Virus record (IMG/VR): IMGVR_UViG_3300045988_113479
Span: 1 to 35,867 of that record
From: a virus
Reading direction: 5' to 3' (one strand)
DNA: 35,867 nucleotides
The position numbers and the translations under genes were made by a program. Shown here piece by piece: positions 7,528 through 13,670 of the stretch (positions within the stretch are counted from its first letter, which is position 1; each line of letters starts with the position of its first letter). The notes beneath the pieces were generated by a model. It did not search any database and had not been told where the DNA came from. It was given only the letters and a program-made list of their open reading frames with translations.

Positions 7528-7890
7528 ATGAACTTCACCGACCAGCTCCAGGACGGCCTGGACCAGCTCAGGGATGCCCTCGAGGCCTTCGCCTTCGCCC
7601 TGAAGGCGGTCCCGATCCAGCGGGGGCACCTCACCGTCCCTAACGACGAGGTGACCGGCGAGTACCTCGCCAGCCTCCCGGTCGGTCTCACCCTCCACGA
7701 GCGCGAGCTTGCCGCCGCCCGCCTGGACAACCTGATCACCATCCGACGCGAAACGAGCTGCTTCGTCCGCCTCCCGCTCAGCAACGAGCACAGCGGCAAG
7801 CTCATCACCTACGAGCTGAAGGCCCACGACGGCCACACGCACGTGGCGTTTAACCTCGCCGCCCGTCCCGTCGATCCGGAAACCCTCTGA
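7528..7890 (+). CDS. hypothetical early protein (120 aa)
   Basis: Start moved to ATG 7528 (GAAAGGACCAAGACCC-ATG). The upstream stop TGA 7509-7511 abuts the SD. Confidence 0.65.
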   Translation: MNFTDQLQDGLDQLRDALEAFAFALKAVPIQRGHLTVPNDEVTGEYLASLPVGLTLHERELAAARLDNLITIRRETSCFVRLPLSNEHSGKLITYELKAHDGHTHVAFNLAARPVDPETL

Positions 7891-7904
7891 AAGGACCAAG
7901 ACAA

Positions 7905-8423
7905 ATGACCTCACGACAGATCGACATCCACGACCGCCGAAACCTGGCCGACCTCATCCGCCGCGCCGCCTACGCGGAAACCGTCTACCTGGGGGCCGCC
8001 GTCCTCCATCAGGACATGAACGTTGGCTACGCCGTCGCAAACATGTTCCCGGACCTCTGCGCCGTCGACCGGGGGATCATCGACGTGACCGTTAACGGGG
8101 CCGTCGAGCGGATCGCGCGGGAAGGCTCCGGCCTCGAGGAGACCCTGGTCTTTGACATCCCCGCCGACGAGAGCCACCACCGCGAGCCGCTCCTGGCCGT
8201 TGTCGAGCTGTACGGGTACGAGCCGATGGCCCCGAACGTGAACAAGGGACTCAGGACGCAGGTCCTCGTCCGTCTCACCCAGGCCAACCCGGACATGCCC
8301 GGCGTGAACGAGCAGACCGTTCAGGACATCGTGAACATGCTGAACGTCTCGGACAAGATGCGGGCGGGCATGTCCGCCTACACCCTCACCGGCAACGCAC
8401 AGTCCATCCGCGACAGCTTCTAG
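7905..8423 (+). CDS. hypothetical early protein (172 aa)
   Basis: The upstream stop TGA 7888-7890 is embedded in TGAAAGGACCAAGACAA-ATG. No motif recognised. Confidence 0.65.
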   Translation: MTSRQIDIHDRRNLADLIRRAAYAETVYLGAAVLHQDMNVGYAVANMFPDLCAVDRGIIDVTVNGAVERIAREGSGLEETLVFDIPADESHHREPLLAVVELYGYEPMAPNVNKGLRTQVLVRLTQANPDMPGVNEQTVQDIVNMLNVSDKMRAGMSAYTLTGNAQSIRDSF

Positions 8424-8468
8424 TCCGCGGACTCCGAAAACTGACCACACCTGAAAGGACCAACCATC

Positions 8469-9026
8469 ATGACCGACTACGGCACCACACCCCAAGACCT
8501 CCTCCTGCGCGTCGCCTCCGAGAAGGCCGCCGTCTACGGCATCTCCTGGCGCAAACGCGGCGAGGCCTTCTCCATCGTCCCCAACATCGCCAGGAAGGTT
8601 GACCGCCTGGGCGCGCCCGGCGCGGGAGACACCGAACTAGACACGAGGATGGACCTCGTGAACTACCTCGCCTTGTACGTCGGTTGGACGTGGCGAAACA
8701 TTGTCGGCTCCTACACCGCCCACGCCCCGGCCCTCGTCGCCCGCCCCGCCCGTATGGGCGACCTCGATTACGAGACAGGCGCGAACTACGACGTGGCAGC
8801 CGCCGCCCGGGTGATCGAGCGGTGCGCCGCTATCGTTAGGGTCCCCCGCGTCACCTGCCCGGACGAGCAGCTTATCAAGCTGGTTCAGCTCACCCTCGAG
8901 GAGCTGTGTGACGAAGTGCTGAGCCGCGAGCGCAGCATGGACCGCAGCTTGGTGATCCTGAGCCGCCTCCTCGGGCATGCGTGGGAGCTATACCGCCGCG
9001 AGTGGGACATGGCTGTGGTATCGTAG
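8469..9026 (+). CDS. hypothetical protein, possibly DUF1599/MazG-like all-alpha fold (weak)
   Basis: GAAAGGA at 8453-8459. The segment KAAVYGISWRKRGEAFSIVPNIARKVDRL resembles the DUF1599/MazG-like helical signature, judged from memory only. Confidence 0.5.
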   Translation: MTDYGTTPQDLLLRVASEKAAVYGISWRKRGEAFSIVPNIARKVDRLGAPGAGDTELDTRMDLVNYLALYVGWTWRNIVGSYTAHAPALVARPARMGDLDYETGANYDVAAAARVIERCAAIVRVPRVTCPDEQLIKLVQLTLEELCDEVLSRERSMDRSLVILSRLLGHAWELYRREWDMAVVS

Positions 9027-9030
9027 CCGC

Positions 9031-9085
9031 CACACAAGACGAGGCCCCTCCAACCGGACTGGTTGGAGGGGCCTCGTCTTGTGTG
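9031..9085. terminator. bidirectional terminator at the convergence of the two arms (25-bp perfect stem)
   Basis: CACACAAGACGAGGCCCCTCCAACC 9031-9055 is the exact reverse complement of 9061-9085, with a 5-nt loop. It sits between the plus-arm stop (9026) and the minus-arm stop (9089). Confidence 0.8.
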
Positions 9086-9088
9086 TGC

Positions 9089-9499
9089 CTACAGCTCGTC
9101 CCAGCCCTCCGGAAGCGGGGGAGGAGGCCCAGGCTGCGGCGCTAACCCAGGCGAGGGCGCAGGCGTTACGCCCGGCTGCGCTCGCGGCTCAGGCTCAACA
9201 GCAGGCGACGCTGGGACCGTGGTCGGCTCCAGCAGCTCCGCGATAGTCACGTGCTGGCCCTCCACCAGGTCCATCTCGCGCTCAGCCAACAGGCCCGATG
9301 GTGTGTACACACGGAGCCTGTACCGCCCAGGGTGCAGGCTGGCCGAAATCGGCGTGCGAACACCCGCCGCGAGATTACCCGCGACGAGCACGTTCCCGTC
9401 GGCCATCCGCGCCGGGTCCGGGATGGGCTTCGCGTGAACCGTCATGGGGACGATACGCCCGGTGGGGGTCTGCACGGACCCCTCGATGAAAGCAGTCAT
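9089..9499 (-). CDS. lysis-cassette protein 4: beta-sandwich-like N-domain with a Pro-rich tail (136 aa), function unknown
   Basis: Start moved to ATG 9499 (AGGAG SD; ATGA overlap with the upstream stop). A GRYRLRVYTPSG segment resembles carboxypeptidase-regulatory-like folds. C-terminal tail PAPSPGLAPQPGPPPPLPEGWDEL. No signal peptide. Confidence 0.55.
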   Translation of the reverse strand: MTAFIEGSVQTPTGRIVPMTVHAKPIPDPARMADGNVLVAGNLAAGVRTPISASLHPGRYRLRVYTPSGLLAEREMDLVEGQHVTIAELLEPTTVPASPAVEPEPRAQPGVTPAPSPGLAPQPGPPPPLPEGWDEL

Positions 9500-10014
9500 G
9501 ACGACGCTCCTATGGTCGAGAGCGTATCCCGGAGCGCCTCGTGCTCCGCCCACGCCGTCTCCTGAATATTGTCAATCCGAGCGCCCAGGTCCCGCATATC
9601 GCGGTCCTGGCGCTCGGTAATATTGGTGAGCACCTGACCATGAGAAGCAAGCACCTGGCCGTGCGCGTCCAACGTCGAACGGAAACCCTCTTGGTTCTGC
9701 TCGATGCGGCGCACCGCGTCCTTGATGCTGCCCCCATGATTCGGGGTCACCTCATGGTGTACTTCTGACAGCGAGGCCTCCAGCGCGTCCAGACGCTGGT
9801 CGATCTTCCCCGCGATAGCCTCCAGCGCGGCCGATGTTTCGGCCTGCTCGCGCTCGGCGCGGGCCTTGCCGACCTGCTCCCGGACCAGGAGCGCCTCCGC
9901 CTTAGCCTTCTCTCGCCCCCACTTCATGCCAGCGAGGACGGACACGGCGGTCACCAGGCCCCCGAAGGCGACTCCGGAGGCGCTGATGACGGCCACGACC
10001 TCGCCGGGATTCAC
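9496..10014 (-). CDS. lysis-cassette protein 3: N-terminal single-TM plus long coiled-coil protein (172 aa)
   Basis: TM span VVAVISASGVAFGGLVTAVSVLAGM followed by a charged helical region. The start overlaps the holin stop. Confidence 0.6.
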   Translation of the reverse strand: MNPGEVVAVISASGVAFGGLVTAVSVLAGMKWGREKAKAEALLVREQVGKARAEREQAETSAALEAIAGKIDQRLDALEASLSEVHHEVTPNHGGSIKDAVRRIEQNQEGFRSTLDAHGQVLASHGQVLTNITERQDRDMRDLGARIDNIQETAWAEHEALRDTLSTIGASS

Positions 10015-10283
10015 TGGGGCGAGTCCTCCAGGTCTCGCTCACCGTAGATCGGGGCCTCGTAGACCCCGCCCGTGTGGGAGGCGGCAAGCACGAGGGCGAT
10101 AAGACCCAGCGCCTTATCCGCCACGTCGAGCCAGTGCGTGGACTGTTCCGGCGTGACCAGGCCGTAGGCCATGCCCACCGCCAGGAGCGCCGCCACAATG
10201 CCGTAAATGGCCTTGCGGCGCGGCGGCGTAAGAGCCGCCCACTTCGTGCGATCAGTCGTGAGAGCATGCTTCGGAGCACCCAT
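10011..10283 (-). CDS. holin-like protein with two TM segments (90 aa)
   Basis: Start moved to ATG 10283 (GGAGGA 8 nt upstream). TM1 AIYGIVAALLAVGMAYGLV and TM2 ALGLIALVLAASHTGGV. Lies immediately downstream of the endolysin gene. Confidence 0.7.
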   Translation of the reverse strand: MGAPKHALTTDRTKWAALTPPRRKAIYGIVAALLAVGMAYGLVTPEQSTHWLDVADKALGLIALVLAASHTGGVYEAPIYGERDLEDSPQ

Positions 10284-10285
10284 GA

Positions 10286-11332
10286 TTACCATCCTCCATT
10301 CAGCAGCGCCTGCTGCATTGCTTCGACCGTGGGAGACGGGGCATCCAGGCACCCGTCGCCCTCCAGTCCGTACCGTGCGGCGAGTGCGTTCGCCGTGTCC
10401 GGCCCCATGAGGCCGTCAGCCTCCACGCCGAGGGCCGTCTGCATGGCCTCGATGAGGAGGGAGCCTTCCGCGACCTCGGTGGGCACAAACTCCCAGCCGG
10501 ACGTGCAGGCAGGAAGCGCGTCGCGGTTCACCGCCGCCTGGGACGACACCACGCCGTCCACCGTCGTGCCCAGGACACCCTGGAGGAGGCGCGTCGTCGC
10601 CTCGCCCCAGTAGCCGTCGACGGCGGGCTGGTGGGCTGCGGTGGGGACGATGCTCGCGCCGCGCAGCGCAGCCAGCGTCTGGGGACCCGGGATACCGTCG
10701 ATCTCCAGGCCACCGTTCGCCTCCTGGAAGGCCTTAATCGCGGCGTAGGTGTTCTCGCCCAGGATGCCGTCTGCGCCGTCCTCACCCAGGTCGTAGCCTC
10801 GCGCCAGGAGCTGCTGCTGGACTTCGCGCACGTAGTCCTCGCCGTACCCGTTGGCGTTGTAGCCGGAACCGTGGCCGTAGGTGGACACGCCGCCCGTATC
10901 CGACCCCGTGAACCTGAGAACACAGTCCCACGGGTAATCGTAATAGCGGCGGATGTTGGTCTCGTTGGCCTGGTCGCCTGCCTGGCCGCCCGCGATCTCG
11001 CCGCGCTCGTCAATCGAGGCCTGAGCGAGAAGACCGCCACCCAGGTAGACCGCGACGTGGTTGGCGTGGTTGAGCAGGATGTCGCCGCGCTCCAGGTCGG
11101 TATCGGGGTCGAGCAGGTCCCAGCCGCGAGCGGTCAGCTCGCGGGCCATGTTGCCCGTGTACGTCGCGTTGCCGGTGTCAAAGCCGCGCGCCTTCAGCAC
11201 GCCGATAACGAGCGCCGAACAGTCGGTCTCGCCACCCACGCGCAGGTCCCAGCGGTTCCACTGGTCGTAACCCAGGTCACCGTACTGGCACCACCACTGC
11301 ATGTCATATGCAAATGCGTCAATATCTGGCAT
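10286..11332 (-). CDS. endolysin: N-terminal Cys/His peptidoglycan hydrolase (Amidase_5 / NlpC-P60-like) plus repeated PG_binding_1-like domains
   Basis: Catalytic-type motifs GGETDCSALV and NHANHVAVYLGG. C-terminal repeats of the type DGILGENTYAAIKAFQ, VDGYWGEATTRLLQ and ADGLMGPDTANALA. Confidence 0.85.
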   Translation of the reverse strand: MPDIDAFAYDMQWWCQYGDLGYDQWNRWDLRVGGETDCSALVIGVLKARGFDTGNATYTGNMARELTARGWDLLDPDTDLERGDILLNHANHVAVYLGGGLLAQASIDERGEIAGGQAGDQANETNIRRYYDYPWDCVLRFTGSDTGGVSTYGHGSGYNANGYGEDYVREVQQQLLARGYDLGEDGADGILGENTYAAIKAFQEANGGLEIDGIPGPQTLAALRGASIVPTAAHQPAVDGYWGEATTRLLQGVLGTTVDGVVSSQAAVNRDALPACTSGWEFVPTEVAEGSLLIEAMQTALGVEADGLMGPDTANALAARYGLEGDGCLDAPSPTVEAMQQALLNGGW

Positions 11333-11334
11333 GG

Positions 11335-11646
11335 TTAGTTCTCCTTCTTGTCCTTCAGTGCTTGCCGGAGGGCGAACAGCAAGTGCTCGTCCGTCACGGC
11401 GGATAGGTCCTCGCCCACCTCGGGCGGGACCTTGGCAAGCGCCAGGTACCGCTTCTCGAACGCGTCTTCGTACACGTCCGCGATAGCCTGCTTGCCCGTG
11501 TTGTCGGCATTGGAGACGACGATGTTACGCCAGGAGGCCTCCACCTCGTTCTCCGTCATGCCCAGCGTCGCCGCCAGGGCAACGGCGCGCTCCTTCAGCG
11601 CGGCATCCTTCGTCACCGCGATCAGTGCCCGGCTTGTTGCAGCCAT
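11335..11646 (-). CDS. hypothetical protein (103 aa) between the fibre and endolysin genes
   Basis: Start moved to ATG 11646 (GAAGGGGG SD after the fibre stop). The upstream part of ORF 11832 overlaps the fibre gene. Confidence 0.55.
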   Translation of the reverse strand: MAATSRALIAVTKDAALKERAVALAATLGMTENEVEASWRNIVVSNADNTGKQAIADVYEDAFEKRYLALAKVPPEVGEDLSAVTDEHLLFALRQALKDKKEN

Positions 11647-11659
11647 GAAAAGCCCCCTT

Positions 11660-12394
11660 CTAGGCCTTGATAATGTAGCCCACCGCGTAGAACGGAGGGA
11701 GGTTGTTGTGCGGCTTGTTGCCGCCCGTAGCCGCCGCGTCCAGGTAGCCAAGCTGGCCCGAACCGGACCCCGCCGCGACGGTCCACTTGCCGCCCGAGCC
11801 CGCATCCGACCGCCAGATACCCACGCCGCCAAACCACGAGCTGTCGTAACCCTGGCCGATCACCTTGTGGTTGTGGAACGGCATCTCAGCGGTGGTCAGG
11901 GTGTGGGTCTCCTCGCCGCCCGTCTGCGCTCGCGGGTGGGTGGCCGACGTGCCCATGAGGAAACGGCCCCGAAGGTCAGGCACGGCGAAGTCCGCGCCCG
12001 TCCCTGTCGCGCCGAGGACCGCCGCGAGCGCCGGATACTGCGCCTTCTTGTAGGCCGTCCCATCACACAGGAGCCACCCGGCGGGAGCCTTCACCCCCGC
12101 ATAGGCCACGACGGTGCCCACCGGGGCGGAAGAACCGCCGTCGCCCGTCTGCGTCTCCCGCACCGTCCCCAGAAGGTAGAGACGGCGGTTGACGCTGACC
12201 GTCCAGACGCGGCGGCCCGTCTTCAAGTCACCCGCAAAGTTGATCGGGTCAGCGGACAGGGGCGTTGCGTCGCCGTCAAGCTGCACGCGCAACGGGTCGG
12301 TGCCGACCACGACGGCCCACCGGAAGACGGGAGCGAGGTCGAGGCGCGAGCGCAGGCCCGCGACAACGTTCATGAGGTAGTCGAGCGTCGTCAT
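11660..12394 (-). CDS. tail fibre / receptor-binding protein with phage tail-collar domain
   Basis: Collar-domain signature APAGWLLCDGTAYKKAQYPALAAVLG...FAVPDLRGRFLMG...GGEETHTLTTAEMPFHNH. ATGA overlap with the upstream gene. Confidence 0.8.
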   Translation of the reverse strand: MTTLDYLMNVVAGLRSRLDLAPVFRWAVVVGTDPLRVQLDGDATPLSADPINFAGDLKTGRRVWTVSVNRRLYLLGTVRETQTGDGGSSAPVGTVVAYAGVKAPAGWLLCDGTAYKKAQYPALAAVLGATGTGADFAVPDLRGRFLMGTSATHPRAQTGGEETHTLTTAEMPFHNHKVIGQGYDSSWFGGVGIWRSDAGSGGKWTVAAGSGSGQLGYLDAAATGGNKPHNNLPPFYAVGYIIKA

Positions 12395-13434
12395 AGGTCG
12401 GTCACCTCCAGGAGCTTGGTTTTCACGAGCGCGGTGGGGTCCAGCGTGTACTCGATCTCCTTCACGACACCCTGCGTCGTGTGCCCCTGGCTGGAGAAGC
12501 CCGCCACCTGGTTGGGCTGGAGGGGCACCGGCATGTGCTGGATTGTGATCGACGCGGACGGCGTGGACACGTCGATGAGGCGGCGGCGCGCCTGCGAGTC
12601 GATGGACTCTTGATTAGCGGCCTCCACGCCCGTCTGGGTCTCGACAATCCACCGTCCGCGCGCCTGGAATGAGTAGGCGCTGGCGGGGTCCTCGTTGGTC
12701 GCCACGCCCACCAGAGCCGCCTTATCCTGGCTACCCTCGGACACCAGGACCACCTTGTTGGGGACGCTGGCCGCGTCCAGTTCACGCTCCCACTCGGGGA
12801 GGTGGATAGCCCTCGCGCCCTCCCGGAAGTCGTAGGCCACGCCGCGCGCCGCCGGACGCACGTAGGGGTCCAGGTGGACCTGCCCCTCACCGTCCGGGTG
12901 CGCCGACCAGTAGCCCGCCGCCGAGAGTAGCTCGTTGGCTATGGTCAGCTTGGACTTGCCCGGATCGTACACGATGTCGGACGACGCGGTGGCCGTCGAC
13001 GGCGTGATGGACAGGCGCTCCAGGCCGGTGTCGCGCAGCAGCCCCGCCGCCACGTCGATCAAGTTGGACCCCGCCTTCACCACGTAGGTGCGGTCCACGC
13101 AATCAGCATCCGGGAGGGCCAGCGGGGACGACAGGTCAACGTCCCACGTAGACCCGGCCTCACCGTAGGAGCGGGTGGGCGCAGACAGGAGGAACACGCC
13201 CAGGCCCCAGGTCTGGCCGGGCGTGGCGTAGTCGACGCGGACGCGCTGAGTCATCCAGTCGATAGGCCCGCACGCCTCCGTGAGACTCAGGCTCCCAGAC
13301 GCACGCAGCCTCGTGGAGTTGCTAAGCGTTATGTTCCCGCCAGTCACGCCGTCCAGACGACGGATTACACGGTCCTTGGAGTCCAGGAGAGTGACCGTGT
13401 AATCCGCCTGCCTATGGGTGTCGAGACCGCTCAC
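12391..13434 (-). CDS. minor tail protein (Tal / baseplate-hub-like N-terminal type)
   Basis: 347 aa in the position after the distal-tail-like protein and before the fibre. GTGA coupling to the upstream gene. The call rests on synteny. Confidence 0.6.
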   Translation of the reverse strand: MSGLDTHRQADYTVTLLDSKDRVIRRLDGVTGGNITLSNSTRLRASGSLSLTEACGPIDWMTQRVRVDYATPGQTWGLGVFLLSAPTRSYGEAGSTWDVDLSSPLALPDADCVDRTYVVKAGSNLIDVAAGLLRDTGLERLSITPSTATASSDIVYDPGKSKLTIANELLSAAGYWSAHPDGEGQVHLDPYVRPAARGVAYDFREGARAIHLPEWERELDAASVPNKVVLVSEGSQDKAALVGVATNEDPASAYSFQARGRWIVETQTGVEAANQESIDSQARRRLIDVSTPSASITIQHMPVPLQPNQVAGFSSQGHTTQGVVKEIEYTLDPTALVKTKLLEVTDL

Positions 13435-13670
13435 TCGTCGGTCTCCTTCACCGTCCGCGCGAGCACGTCACGAGACAGCTCGATCAGGCCGCGACGGGTA
13501 ATCAGGGACCCCCGGCCCTCCAGGAACCACAGGGCGCGAGAGTCCCCGTCCGCCTCCGTGGTCAGGACCTCGCAGGAGACGGTCCACGCGCCAACCAGCG
13601 CACCCTCCGGATACTTCTCCCTGATCAGCTCCGCGAGCGCGTTTTCCACGTGGTCAAGCCGGTTACTCAT
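13431..13670 (-). CDS. small hypothetical protein (79 aa) inserted between two tail-tip genes
   Basis: Start moved to ATG 13670, which overlaps the end of the upstream gene. Its stop overlaps the downstream GTG start. Confidence 0.5.
   Translation of the reverse strand: MSNRLDHVENALAELIREKYPEGALVGAWTVSCEVLTTEADGDSRALWFLEGRGSLITRRGLIELSRDVLARTVKETDE

Noticed and set aside
6286-7808. Minus-strand ORFs 6286-7107 (273 aa) and 6981-7808 (275 aa) across the early small-gene block
   Set aside because: They run antisense through promoter cassettes and several well-signalled plus-strand genes, and their composition is typical of GC shadow frames.
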